NCBI GenBank assembly: GCA_027491735.1
Contig: JAOZGP010000023.1
Location: 32,001-96,000, forward strand
Length of the DNA: 64,000 nucleotides
From: Thermoproteota archaeon
GTDB lineage: Archaea > Korarchaeota > Korarchaeia > Korarchaeales > Korarchaeaceae
Direction: 5' to 3'
Shown piece by piece: positions 38,539 through 48,773 of this stretch. Position 1 is the stretch's first letter, and each line of letters opens with the position of its first letter. The notes under the pieces are model-generated. The model was not told the origin of the DNA. It did no database searches and was given only the letters and a program-made list of their open reading frames with translations. Made by a program: the position numbers and the translations under genes.

Positions 38539-39858
38539 ATGGACTCCAAGGTTGCGTACGCCCTGATGTTGATATGCCTGCTCATAGGAGTGGGCATAGG
38601 ATGGGCGGCCAAGCCTACGCCCAAGGCCCCAACTGGAGGAGGTGCGCCCACAAAGGCTCAATGCCCGAAGTGCCCAACCGGTCTTAGCGGTGAGGTCCCG
38701 ATAGGTGCCCTTCTCTCATTGACCGGAGCTCTCTCAAATTATGGAGAGAACAGTGAAGTGGCTCTCAAACTTGCTGAGAAGCAGATAAATGAGTGGCTTG
38801 CCTCTATAGGAGAGAAGTGGAGGATAAAGGTCTACTATGAGGACACTGCCACCGATCCAAAGACCGCACTGGACAAGATGCAGGCCCTCTACGGAAAGGG
38901 TGTGAAGATCTTCATAGGACCGATGACCAGTGCTGAGGTGAGCACTGTTAAGAACTATGCTGATGCCAACAAGCTTCTCGTGATATCTCAGTCCTCCACG
39001 TCCCCTGCCCTCAGCATCTCCGACGATATGGTGTTCAGGTACTGCCCTGATGACACCATTCAGGGTCCGGCAGCTGCTCACACCGCTTTTCAGCTCGGGG
39101 TTAGGCATCTTGTCGTGGTATGGAGAGGAGATACTTGGGGAGATGGACTTGCTGAGACCACAATAGAGGCCTTCAACAAGTTGGTGAAGGAGAAGGGAGT
39201 GCAGGGTGAAGCGATAAAGGGAATAAGGTACGATCCGAATGCTAAGGAGTTCTCCACTGAAGCTGCCAAGCTCAACCAGATTGTTAGCGATCTCGTCCAG
39301 AAGTACGGCAAAGATGAGGTAGGTGTTTCTTTCATAGGTTTCACGGAGTACGTTGCTTTCGCTGCTGCGGCATCTCAATATCCTGTCCTTAGCGAGGTCC
39401 TCTGGATCGGTTCTGATGGAACTGCTGACACCCCACAGATAGTGCAGAATCCGAGCATAGCCGAGTTTGCCATAAAGACGAGGTTCCTCAACCCGATATT
39501 CGCTCCGTCCAGCTCTCCGTTCCTGGATGAGGTCAAGAGCTACGTGAAGCAGAAGCTCGGTAGGGAACCTGACAGCTACGCCTACGCTGCCTACGATGCC
39601 CTCTGGACTGCGGCCATAGCGCTTGAGATGACGAAATCCTACGATCCTGTGACCATAGCTAAGATACTACCGAGCGTCGTCAAGAGATATATGGGTGCTT
39701 CTGGAAACTTCCAGCTCAACAAGTACGGTGACAGGGCGTTCTCCGATTACTTCCTGAGGGTGGTTGTGAAGAAGAACGGCAAGTACACCTGGGACACTGC
39801 TGGAGTTTACCGTTGCTCCACTGGAGTGGTCGAGTTCTCCAGCTGGTTCAAACCATGA
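38539..39858 (+). CDS. livK: Branched-chain amino acid ABC transporter substrate-binding protein
   Basis: TM anchor and Pro/Thr linker; IGALLSLTG, EDTATDP, IGPMTS, STSPALS and AYDALW motifs. Confidence 0.85.
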   Translation: MDSKVAYALMLICLLIGVGIGWAAKPTPKAPTGGGAPTKAQCPKCPTGLSGEVPIGALLSLTGALSNYGENSEVALKLAEKQINEWLASIGEKWRIKVYYEDTATDPKTALDKMQALYGKGVKIFIGPMTSAEVSTVKNYADANKLLVISQSSTSPALSISDDMVFRYCPDDTIQGPAAAHTAFQLGVRHLVVVWRGDTWGDGLAETTIEAFNKLVKEKGVQGEAIKGIRYDPNAKEFSTEAAKLNQIVSDLVQKYGKDEVGVSFIGFTEYVAFAAAASQYPVLSEVLWIGSDGTADTPQIVQNPSIAEFAIKTRFLNPIFAPSSSPFLDEVKSYVKQKLGREPDSYAYAAYDALWTAAIALEMTKSYDPVTIAKILPSVVKRYMGASGNFQLNKYGDRAFSDYFLRVVVKKNGKYTWDTAGVYRCSTGVVEFSSWFKP

Positions 39859-39867
39859 GCTATTGAA

Positions 39868-39890
39868 CTCTTCCTTTACTTTTTCATTAT
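39868..39890 (+). terminator. T-rich archaeal terminator after livK
   Basis: CTCTTCCTTTACTTTTTCATTAT immediately after the stop codon. Confidence 0.4.
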
Positions 39891-40093
39891 CAACATTATT
39901 AGTTTTTGAGTTCCCGAGCAGTGATCTAAGCCCTCTTTCTGCTCTTTCAACTCAGAGCAAACGACTCATCTACACCACGTGCATCTGTTTTTATAACCGC
40001 TCTAAGCTCCACGAGTGGAAGAAAATTTTTTTATTAAGTAAGTCAAGGATTCTCCAGCTTGAGATCGAAGCGGTGGAAGATTGGTGATGCTCC

Positions 40094-40858
40094 ATGGGCT
40101 CCGAGAAGTATATACTTCAGACGGATGACCTAGTGAAACGTTTCGGAGGACTGGTGGCAGTCGACCACGTCAACTTGAGGGTTAAGCGGAACACGATAAC
40201 GATGCTCATGGGACCTAATGGTGCTGGCAAGTCCACCCTCGTCAACACATGCACAGGAGTGCTCAAGCCGGACGGGGGGAAGGTCATCTTCGATGGACAA
40301 GATATAACAGGTTGGCCTCCCCATGAGGTGTACAGGTCTGGATTTGTGAGAACGTTCCAGATACCTCTTCCCTTCCAGTTTCTAACGGTCCTTGAGAATG
40401 TGCTCGTGGCTCTTCCCAATTCCGGTGAGAACCCGATAAAGGCCCCCATAAGGGGATTATGGGATAAGGAGGAGGAAGAGAACGTCAAAAGAGCTTTTGA
40501 AATACTGAAGATGGTCGGGCTTGATACCCACTGGAACTGGCAGGCCTTCAGGCTTGGAGGAGGTCAGCTTAAGATGTTGGAGGTCTCCAGAGCTCTTGCT
40601 ACGGGAGCCAAGCTGATAGCCCTGGACGAGCCGATAGGCGGGGTCGACCCTGCATATGCTGACAACATACTCTCCAACATAAGGAGGTTGAAGGAGACTC
40701 TGGACGTGTCCTTTCTGCTCATAGAGCACAGGATAGACATTGCCCTTCCATACGCAGACTACGTGTACGTCATGGACAGGGGTGCTGTGATAGCTGAGGG
40801 CATTCCGGACGAGATAAAGAACAACCCCAAGGTCATTGATGTTTACATAGGAGAGTAG
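40094..40858 (+). CDS. livG: Branched-chain amino acid ABC transporter ATPase (LivG-like)
   Basis: FGGLVAVD, GPNGAGKST, RTFQ, LDEP and LIEH motifs. Confidence 0.88.
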   Translation: MGSEKYILQTDDLVKRFGGLVAVDHVNLRVKRNTITMLMGPNGAGKSTLVNTCTGVLKPDGGKVIFDGQDITGWPPHEVYRSGFVRTFQIPLPFQFLTVLENVLVALPNSGENPIKAPIRGLWDKEEEENVKRAFEILKMVGLDTHWNWQAFRLGGGQLKMLEVSRALATGAKLIALDEPIGGVDPAYADNILSNIRRLKETLDVSFLLIEHRIDIALPYADYVYVMDRGAVIAEGIPDEIKNNPKVIDVYIGE

Positions 40859-40859
40859 G

Positions 40860-41591
40860 GTGAGCATCATGACCGAGAACATAGTGGAGACGAAGAACCT
40901 CCTCTCTGGATATGGGAAGCTGAAAGTCCTGTTCGACGTAAACTTCAAGGCTAGAAAGAATGACATAACAGTTGTGGTCGGACCGAACGGCGCTGGAAAA
41001 ACCACCCTTCTCAACTCGATAATAGGCCTCGCCACGATACATGATGGAAGCGTTATATTCGATGGTCAGGATGTAACTAAGGTTCCTCCACACAAGAAGG
41101 CCAAACTGGGCATAGCCTATCTCATGCAGATGGGTAACGTGGCTTCCACGCTAACCGTGGAGGAGAACCTCAGGGTTGCTGGATACCTGATGCCCAGGAG
41201 CGAGGTTAACGACAGAATTCAGGAGATCCTGGAGATGTTTCCCAGGCTTAAGGAGTTCGTTCACAGGAAGGCTGGGACTCTAAGCGGTGGAGAGAGAAGG
41301 ATGCTTGCCATAGGCATGGCCATGATGAGAAAGCCAAAAGTTTTGATGTTGGATGAGATGTCCACAGACCTGGCACCCAAAATAGTCAAACAGGTCATGA
41401 ACAAGATCGTTGAGCTGAGAGATCAGTACGATCTTTCAGTGATCCTGGTCGAGCAGAACGCCAAGAAGGCTCTGGAGATAGGAGACTACGCTTACCTGTT
41501 GGTGAGCGGAACCGTAAGATATGAGGGAAATCCACAGGAACTCCTGACTCATCCGAAGTTCGCCAAGCTTTACCTGGGCATATCCGAATAG
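40860..41591 (+). CDS. livF: Branched-chain amino acid ABC transporter ATPase (LivF-like)
   Basis: GPNGAGKTT, AGTLSGGERRMLAI and LVEQNA motifs. Confidence 0.88.
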   Translation: MSIMTENIVETKNLLSGYGKLKVLFDVNFKARKNDITVVVGPNGAGKTTLLNSIIGLATIHDGSVIFDGQDVTKVPPHKKAKLGIAYLMQMGNVASTLTVEENLRVAGYLMPRSEVNDRIQEILEMFPRLKEFVHRKAGTLSGGERRMLAIGMAMMRKPKVLMLDEMSTDLAPKIVKQVMNKIVELRDQYDLSVILVEQNAKKALEIGDYAYLLVSGTVRYEGNPQELLTHPKFAKLYLGISE

Positions 41592-41864
41592 GTCTCCGGA
41601 ACACTCTATCTTTTTCGATGGTACCCTCACCGGCACCCTTCGGAGGGTTGCTGTCTTAGAAGTTAATAGTTAGTCGAGCGGAATCGATCTAGCGACTGGA
41701 AATCGATATCAGGAACACTTTAATTCTTTTGTAGAAGGGAGGAGTTCTTTGGGGAGGATCCACGTCTGAAGAACTCATCAATCTAGGTTTTCCGGAGATC
41801 TCACATCATCTAGACCTGAGATGATCGTATGACAGGAAAAACAACCTCCCTCCTCTTCGATTGA

Positions 41865-42701
41865 TCATGAGGTGGCCTGTGAGGACATGTTCGCCGCTCC
41901 TATAGCTGCTGCATAGGCTGAGTTCTTTGGGACGATGCCCTTTCCCCCTAGCATCTGGAGAGCTCTGAGAATTTCATCACCCAAGGCCTCCGGTAGAGAT
42001 CCCACGAACACGACCTTCTTCTCCAAGTTCATCATCTTAGCAGCGAAATAGGAGACTGTGGCCACGACCTCCCCTATCATCCTGACAAGCCCTGCTGCCA
42101 CATCCTCCGGCCTGACACCGTCCACTATTCTCCCGAAATTCGAGGCTGTGGCTGTCTCCGGTATCCTTCCAACAGGTCCTCCAACTATGTCCCTAACAGT
42201 GAGGTTCACCGCTGAGGGATCTCCTCCAGAAGCGAGTTTCAGTATTCCGCCCAAGGTGCTTCTGTTGAGAAGGAGCCTTCCTAGACCGACTAAGGTCCCC
42301 CCACCCACACCTGTCCCTCCGAGATGTCTGGAGATTGCTCCCTTCTTTCCCTTTAAGGCGTGAACGATGGCTGTTCCGGTGCCTACACTTGACACGATCG
42401 CTTCATCGTATCCCGAGAGGAGCAGACCTCCGTACCCCACAGCCTCGAGTTCGTCGACCCTCACGGATCTGACCCCCAAGAAAGATGGAGTCAGACATTT
42501 AGCCCCTCCTCCGGTACAGGCTATGATCCTGACCTTCTTCAGCTCGATCCTCGATTCCTCGACAAGTTTTCCAACAGCTCCAGCAGCTGACACAAGAGGC
42601 TCGGATCCAGAAACCCTCACCAGATGCATAATCTCTCCATCTCTCACGAGCACAGCTTTTGTAGTCGATCCACCCACATCGAGACCTATGAGGAAGCTCA
42701 T
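41865..42701 (-). CDS. Type II (CoaW/Fumble-like) pantothenate kinase
   Basis: GLDVGGSTTK, CTGGGA, VGTGTAI, GGTGVGGGTLVGL, NLTVRDI and TASNFG motifs. Confidence 0.8.
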   Translation of the reverse strand: MSFLIGLDVGGSTTKAVLVRDGEIMHLVRVSGSEPLVSAAGAVGKLVEESRIELKKVRIIACTGGGAKCLTPSFLGVRSVRVDELEAVGYGGLLLSGYDEAIVSSVGTGTAIVHALKGKKGAISRHLGGTGVGGGTLVGLGRLLLNRSTLGGILKLASGGDPSAVNLTVRDIVGGPVGRIPETATASNFGRIVDGVRPEDVAAGLVRMIGEVVATVSYFAAKMMNLEKKVVFVGSLPEALGDEILRALQMLGGKGIVPKNSAYAAAIGAANMSSQATS

Positions 42702-43240
42702 AAAACACCGCTCCTCCTTATCGTCTTGACTACAGGTGGGACTATCAAGTAGAGGAAAGGTATCTCCGTGATGAATGTCCAGGCCGCCAAAAAGAGGCCC
42801 GCTTGGAGGGTCATCGGCGTGATCTTGCTGCTGAATGGCAGGGGAAAGAGCTGGCTCCAGAGCATCAACCCAATGCCTATTATAAGAGATCCCACACCCA
42901 ATCCCAGAGGAAACGAGAGAAGCATCCTCCTGAGACTTCCTCCCTTAGAGATATGGCCTATTATGTAAAACCCAAGGAAGTTCGCTGGAACTCCCACTGT
43001 CAAGCTCAGCAGAGCGTTCCCATGAGTGGCCATATCGGAGATGAAAATCCCTATCGCTGCTGACATACCACCCACAGTTCCACCGAACAAGACAGCGAAC
43101 ACCCCGGGAACAGCGACTGCTGGCCAGAACCTGACACCATAGAAGGTTATGCCAAAGTAGGTTGCGTACCCCACTACAGCGTAGAGGGCAGCTCCCATCC
43201 CGGTGATCGCCAGATCTCTGGGGCTCATCGACCCACCCAA
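42698..43240 (-). CDS. ECF transporter S component
   Basis: Small multi-TM protein with AALYAV, VRFWPA and LFG...G...AAIG..ISD motifs; 4-nt overlap with the kinase. Confidence 0.75.
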   Translation of the reverse strand: MGGSMSPRDLAITGMGAALYAVVGYATYFGITFYGVRFWPAVAVPGVFAVLFGGTVGGMSAAIGIFISDMATHGNALLSLTVGVPANFLGFYIIGHISKGGSLRRMLLSFPLGLGVGSLIIGIGLMLWSQLFPLPFSSKITPMTLQAGLFLAAWTFITEIPFLYLIVPPVVKTIRRSGVL

Positions 43241-43309
43241 TCAAGGGAAAGGTTAAAAAGATTTCTTAAGAAGTCTATACAATATATATACAGGTAAAAA
43301 AGGTATAGG

Positions 43310-44233
43310 GTGTTGGCTCTGAGGTTGAGGAGGAGGCTCCAGAGAGTTGGCGGAGGGACGTTCGTCGTGTCCCTCCCGAAGAGATGGGTCGAGAGGATGA
43401 ACCTGAACAGGGGGAGTGAGGTGATAGTAGAGGAGGGACCTGGAGGTTCTGTCATTATATACACAGATGAACCGAGCCAGCTGAAGACCTCCGTAGTTTT
43501 CGAGAGTGAGAAGGAAGATGTCTCCCTGAACAGAATCCTCTCAAAGTATCTAGCGGGTTATGACGTCATAGAAATCGAGTTCTCAGAAGGGATGAACCTC
43601 GCCACCAGAAGGAAGATAATCTCCTTCATAAAGAACCTTTCAGGAATGGAGGTTGAGGAGGAGAGCGAGCTTGGCATGGTTCTGAGATGCATCTCGAGCC
43701 CAATGAACCCAAGAGGGCTCATAAAGAAGATGCACAGGATAGCGTTCACCATGCTCAAGGACGCCATACTCGTGGCTAGAACAGGCAACCGAGAGCTGGC
43801 TGAGATGGTGAGGGACAGAGACGATGAACTGGACAGATCTTACTTTACAGCAGTTAGAACAGCTAGAAAGGCCCTCATGGACTTCAGGCTTATGAGGAGA
43901 TTTGGGATAAGCCCTGTGAAGCTAATGGACTTCAGAATGGCGGCAATGTTCGAGGAGTGGATAGGAGACCACGCGGTCGATCTAACTGAGACCAGGTTTG
44001 AAGGGGACATGGGAACCCTCCCGAAAGACCTGGAGGTCCTCCAGAATCTGGCGCTCAGATCCTTCATGACAGGGGAGGAGGTCCTGGTACACAAGGTCAA
44101 AAATCTGTCGGAGAGGATGGGAAGGTATCTTGGAGAGGGGGAGTTCTTCGAGCTCGTGGGGAGGGTTGTGAGGACCTACACGGATATAGCTGATCTCTCC
44201 TCCTCGCCTTGGGAGGATGAAGGAGGTCAATAG
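43310..44233 (+). CDS. phoU: Archaeal PhoU-family regulator with N-terminal AbrB-type domain
   Basis: RRLQRVGGGTFVVSLPKRWV, YLAGYDVI, RDDELDRSY and EWIGDHA motifs. Confidence 0.85.
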   Translation: MLALRLRRRLQRVGGGTFVVSLPKRWVERMNLNRGSEVIVEEGPGGSVIIYTDEPSQLKTSVVFESEKEDVSLNRILSKYLAGYDVIEIEFSEGMNLATRRKIISFIKNLSGMEVEEESELGMVLRCISSPMNPRGLIKKMHRIAFTMLKDAILVARTGNRELAEMVRDRDDELDRSYFTAVRTARKALMDFRLMRRFGISPVKLMDFRMAAMFEEWIGDHAVDLTETRFEGDMGTLPKDLEVLQNLALRSFMTGEEVLVHKVKNLSERMGRYLGEGEFFELVGRVVRTYTDIADLSSSPWEDEGGQ

Positions 44234-45444
44234 GGATAGACTTTTCTTTCTATGAGCTCGTTTATGAACTCCCTCATTCTGTCCAGCTCACGGTTCACTA
44301 TCTCAGTTATCTGCCCCTCAACATCGCCGAGGTTCATCCCTTTCTTCACTGAGACCTCTACAGCAGCCAGGTCCGGTTTGTCCACTGGTTGACCTATCTT
44401 ACTCAGAAGCCAGACGTAGACCTCGCTCAAACCCGGAACCTCGTTATATATCTTCTCAGCGATTTTATGGCTCAGCACGTTGTAGATTTTTCCGACATGA
44501 CTGACGGGGTTCTTACCAGCAGCGGCCTCGGAACTTCTTGGTCTCATTAAGGGTATTATTCCGTTGACTCCGTTTCCTCTCCCAACCTCTCCGGAATCAG
44601 CTCCATCAGCACTCGTTCCGAGAACCGTCAGATATACACCTTCCTCCCTCCTACCCCTGACGTCTAATGTGTTCATGAACACTTTTATCTTCTCAAACCC
44701 GCCTCTCTCCTTTAGAAAAGAGTTCAACTCATCTAGAACTTCTTGTTTTCTTCTGAAGTAATCCTCCTCGCTATCTATGTACCTGTCAACGAAGGCCTGG
44801 GCTATCGTCAGCGTGACCTCGTCCTTGAACCTATACCCCATGACCTTCACATCCTCTCCCGTCTCAGGGAACCTCTTCTTGAACTCAGAGGAGTTGAGAA
44901 ACTTCTCCGTATCCAGCACAAGCCTCTCAGTTCTGGAGAGAGGAGCGTATCCAACAGCAGCCGAGGTATCGTTTGCTCCTAGCAGCTCCCCTGACCTCCT
45001 AAATATATCTGTCAACTCGGCGCTCCCTGGCTTGAGTTCCACTCTATAGACGACATGTTTCTCTGGATCCACATGTCTCAGGTTCTCTTTTATCCATCTT
45101 TTAGCAGCCCTGATAGCCACATCCTCCACTGAGATCTCCACATCCCCGTATTTCGTGGTGGCCCTGTCCCCGAACATGAGAAGAATGGGTTTCTTCACAA
45201 CGCCCCCTCCGAACCTGGTCTCGACCTCCCCAGCGACCAGAAGGGATTTATCGGCGTTGTAATGCAGAATTCCTCCAAATTTCCTTATGTACTCTCTGTT
45301 CAGCTCAACGCTGACCTCCTCCATTATGGAGTCACAGATCGTGTCTGGATGTCCAACGCCTTTCCTCTCGACGATCTCTATCGACTGATCATCCATAGGG
45401 ATGCGAGGAACGCTAGCAACCTTTATACTCCTCATGAAATACAC
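44227..45444 (-). CDS. mat: Archaeal S-adenosylmethionine synthetase
   Basis: ERKGVGHPDTICD, GANDTS, GEDVKVMG, DSGEVGRGN and AAGKNPVSHVGKIYN motifs. Confidence 0.95.
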   Translation of the reverse strand: MYFMRSIKVASVPRIPMDDQSIEIVERKGVGHPDTICDSIMEEVSVELNREYIRKFGGILHYNADKSLLVAGEVETRFGGGVVKKPILLMFGDRATTKYGDVEISVEDVAIRAAKRWIKENLRHVDPEKHVVYRVELKPGSAELTDIFRRSGELLGANDTSAAVGYAPLSRTERLVLDTEKFLNSSEFKKRFPETGEDVKVMGYRFKDEVTLTIAQAFVDRYIDSEEDYFRRKQEVLDELNSFLKERGGFEKIKVFMNTLDVRGRREEGVYLTVLGTSADGADSGEVGRGNGVNGIIPLMRPRSSEAAAGKNPVSHVGKIYNVLSHKIAEKIYNEVPGLSEVYVWLLSKIGQPVDKPDLAAVEVSVKKGMNLGDVEGQITEIVNRELDRMREFINELIERKVYPY

Positions 45445-45621
45445 CCCCCAAAAGGACCGGAGGTGTTGCAGGGATTAAACATAAAAAATTAACTTCCTCT
45501 CCGGATGAAACTTCTCCTTAACGAGGAGAGCGCTCCAATTTGCCCAAAGCCTGCCAGAACGAGTCGGAGATCTGTCATCCGAAGGTATAAATACTTGATG
45601 TGTGGATGTTTCCTTGGAAAC

Positions 45622-47343
45622 ATGGAGACTGCGACCAGCTTTGCCTCGCTGGTAGGGTTGGGGATCATAGCAGTTCTGGCGGGAATCTATGCCAGAAGGA
45701 GGGCTACTGTGGTGCTCCCAGCCATAATGCTTGGCTCGCTGATCTGTCGTTTTCTCGGTCTAACCCTCCCTGATGTGGTGTTCAAGACCTCCTTTCTGGC
45801 AGGAGCTCTCATAGTCTTCATAGCGGGACTGGAGCTTGACATCCACTTCATAGCCAGGTGTAAGGAGAAGATAGTACTGACCGCCGCGATAGAGATACCC
45901 CTCTACCTCCTGATATTCTACGTGGTTCTCCACATCCTTCCAATGCCTGTGGCAATAGCTTTGATGGCGATCATGGTCGCGTCCAACGAGATGTTCGTAC
46001 TGGAGGTCAGGAAGACGGGCGATGAAGAGCTAGCCATGTATGGGATAGTCATCTCAGTCATAGAAGATGCTTTTGCCGTTTTTCTCTATACTTTGGGAGC
46101 TTTTTCGAGCCCCAGTATTTTCTGGAGGTCGGCTGTCACTCTTCTTGATGAAAAGGGAGCTAGCTTGTTTATACTGAGCGTATCCGTCTTTATTCTGTCT
46201 TTATTCCTCGCAAAGCCTATGAGCAGATTCATGATAAAGCTTGGGAGGAAAGATACTAAGGTCCTCCTCACCCTCCTCTATATGATCTTCCTGATAACTT
46301 TATCAGAAGCTATAAAGCTACCTGAGGCCCTTGTCGTTTTCTTGGGAGCTCTAGCTTTAACATTTAGCGGTTTGGATGAGGAGACCTTCGAGATCATGGA
46401 GAGCTACATGATCTTAGCGGTGATGTGTTTCGTGGCAGCCCTCCCCTACTACATTCCAGGCAAGATAGACCTCACGACCTTCGTGAATGCCATGATGTTC
46501 GGGGCTGCCCTGTCCGTTCTCGCCTTCGCTCTCAGGTTCACCATACTCTCAGTATCCTCTTTTCTAAGCGGGCTTCCTCCGAGAAAGTGTTGGTATCTCG
46601 CGTTCACATTGGCAAACATAGGAGAGTTTGGGCTGATAGTCCTGTCCGGGCTCCTGGTGAACAGGATGCTCCCCCAATACGTGGCCTTAGCTGCCATGTT
46701 TGCCTATGGGTTTAACCTCTCGATGATGTGTGTCATAGCGCCCAACTCCTTTCGCATTCTGTCCTGGCTCGAGAACAGAGTTCCCTCCTGCCTCCCCAGG
46801 ATTATTTCAAAGGCTCATGAGAGGGTGGTGGTTTTCTTGGGAAGAACGATAGAAGATCCCACGTTTAAGGAACATGTTAGCGAGCTCATTCTCTCAGTGA
46901 GCTTAATCTATGTGTTCAGCGCCCTTATACAGGTGATAAACGTTCCGGTCGTGAGCTACGTGCTCACGATCCTGGTGATGAGTATGTTCATAATATCTAC
47001 TTACATAGTCTTTCAGTACATAAGCCAACACTTCGAGATGTTGAAGATGAGACCGGAAGCCCTTCCAAGTCTCTTCGTGAAGTTTGCCCTGTTCTACGCC
47101 GTAATGTATCCCGTCCTAGGATCTTTCAAGCACATAGTAGTTGAGAGGAGCGTCGACTTCACAAGCCCAATAGTGATGTTCTCGGCCTTTGTCCTATCCT
47201 TCATCATGTTTAAGGGCGTTAAGAGAGTCGGTCTATTCCTCGGCCACCATGGAGAAAGAGAGAGATCTTCCGATCAGAGTAAGGTAGATCGCTTGAGCAC
47301 TCTGAGAGACTATGAGGGAGATGGCGAGCCCAATCCCTCCTAA
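45622..47343 (+). CDS. Cation:proton antiporter (CPA2/Kef-like) with extra C-terminal TM region
   Basis: FIAGLELD, VIEDAFAV and IGEFGLIV motifs; many TM helices. Start moved to ATG 45622. Confidence 0.7.
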   Translation: METATSFASLVGLGIIAVLAGIYARRRATVVLPAIMLGSLICRFLGLTLPDVVFKTSFLAGALIVFIAGLELDIHFIARCKEKIVLTAAIEIPLYLLIFYVVLHILPMPVAIALMAIMVASNEMFVLEVRKTGDEELAMYGIVISVIEDAFAVFLYTLGAFSSPSIFWRSAVTLLDEKGASLFILSVSVFILSLFLAKPMSRFMIKLGRKDTKVLLTLLYMIFLITLSEAIKLPEALVVFLGALALTFSGLDEETFEIMESYMILAVMCFVAALPYYIPGKIDLTTFVNAMMFGAALSVLAFALRFTILSVSSFLSGLPPRKCWYLAFTLANIGEFGLIVLSGLLVNRMLPQYVALAAMFAYGFNLSMMCVIAPNSFRILSWLENRVPSCLPRIISKAHERVVVFLGRTIEDPTFKEHVSELILSVSLIYVFSALIQVINVPVVSYVLTILVMSMFIISTYIVFQYISQHFEMLKMRPEALPSLFVKFALFYAVMYPVLGSFKHIVVERSVDFTSPIVMFSAFVLSFIMFKGVKRVGLFLGHHGERERSSDQSKVDRLSTLRDYEGDGEPNPS

Positions 47344-48399
47344 GAACTTTCCGAGAGTTAGTACGGATGGGATCATGACCAGCACATAGACGAGACTCCC
47401 TAGGAAAACATTTTTGCTCCTCTCCCTGGCAAAGAACTCCGCGTTCTTTATGTTAACGACGGCTGCGGGGATGGAGGCCAGGATCATGATCCTTATGACG
47501 TCTAACCCTTCAATAAATTTGTGGAAGAATCCGAAAACTATCCAAGGAGAAAAAAGCGCGAGAGCCAGCGAGGAGGATATTGTTAAGATCAGACCTATTA
47601 CCTTGATGGATCTTCTACTCCTCCCCGAAGACTCCTCCGGCAGAAGGTAGGCGAAAAGCGCTGCCGGAATTGTGTACAGAAAAGCGAAGAACTGGTACCC
47701 GAGCTGATATATTCCCAGCAGGAAGAACCCAAAGAGGCTTCCTATCATTATCTTGTCGAGGAAGTTGGCTAGACTCCCCATCACGGTGAGTCCGTAACTG
47801 TGCAACACAAAGGAGAACTTCCTTCTTATGGATTTGATCCTCAGGACGGCCCTTCTCAGCGAGATGAGGTAGCGGTAGCTGAAGATCAGAAGGGAGATCG
47901 TGTAGCCGACAAGTACACCCACTATACCGAGCTTGAAGTAGAGGAGGACCGAGAGGGCTATCTGAGATATCCTGAAACCCGTGTTCACCAAAGCATACTC
48001 CTTGTATCTTCTCCTCCCGAGCAGCTCCCTAATTGACATGTAGAAGAACGCTGTGGCCAACACGAGGAGGCTCGACTGCCAAACGATTGACGCCATGATT
48101 AGAGATGCCACGATCGCTGCGAAGAGGACGAGAGAACAGGCCTCCCTTAAGAGCTCCTCCTCGCCCTTGGCCAGAAAAGTGGTTATGGCGTTGCCCATCC
48201 CGAGCATAGCTAAGGAGGCGGGTATCTGAGCGACTGCTATGTAGTAGTTGATCTCCCCATACTCGCTCACAGATAGGATGGAGGCCAGGATGAGCCAGAA
48301 TATTGCTCCTAAAATCGAATAGCTGAGTTTACCCATTCCTGTGAAGAAGAAGCCTCTTTCAGTCTTCAAAAAATGAAAAGTCCTGTCGATGAGGTTCAT
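47233..48399 (-). CDS. Oligosaccharide flippase (Wzx/MOP family)
   Basis: About 12 TM helices; LSVSEYGEINY, LDKIMIG...LGIYQLG and GGIGLAIS motifs. Confidence 0.8.
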   Translation of the reverse strand: MNLIDRTFHFLKTERGFFFTGMGKLSYSILGAIFWLILASILSVSEYGEINYYIAVAQIPASLAMLGMGNAITTFLAKGEEELLREACSLVLFAAIVASLIMASIVWQSSLLVLATAFFYMSIRELLGRRRYKEYALVNTGFRISQIALSVLLYFKLGIVGVLVGYTISLLIFSYRYLISLRRAVLRIKSIRRKFSFVLHSYGLTVMGSLANFLDKIMIGSLFGFFLLGIYQLGYQFFAFLYTIPAALFAYLLPEESSGRSRRSIKVIGLILTISSSLALALFSPWIVFGFFHKFIEGLDVIRIMILASIPAAVVNIKNAEFFARERSKNVFLGSLVYVLVMIPSVLTLGKFLGGIGLAISLIVSQSAQAIYLTLIGRSLSFSMVAEE

Positions 48400-48773
48400 C
48401 CGACCTTCTGAGGGCGTACATGTTAAAAACTGTCACTTAAAAATTCCTCTGGAGATCCCAGCTCTAGAGGGGAGTTTTCTCAGCAACGCATATAGTAAAC
48501 TTCCTGTTGTACAACTCGACCGCCCCGAGAGCTGCCCTTCACTCGATCTGAAAACCACGAGATGTTCACGTCAGATGGAAACAACAGTGCAAACACCTGC
48601 GACTCCCGTTATCTCCTCGAGCCATCCCTTAAGGATTTGACCAGATCTCATCGGGTCGAGATATTCTAAGGAGCATCGTGAAGTCTGAGCCCACTAGCTC
48701 CTCTAGCGATCTCCAGTCCTCACCTTAACACTGAAGGATAACGAGAGTTCAGAAGGAAAGAGGAGGGAGGAGC

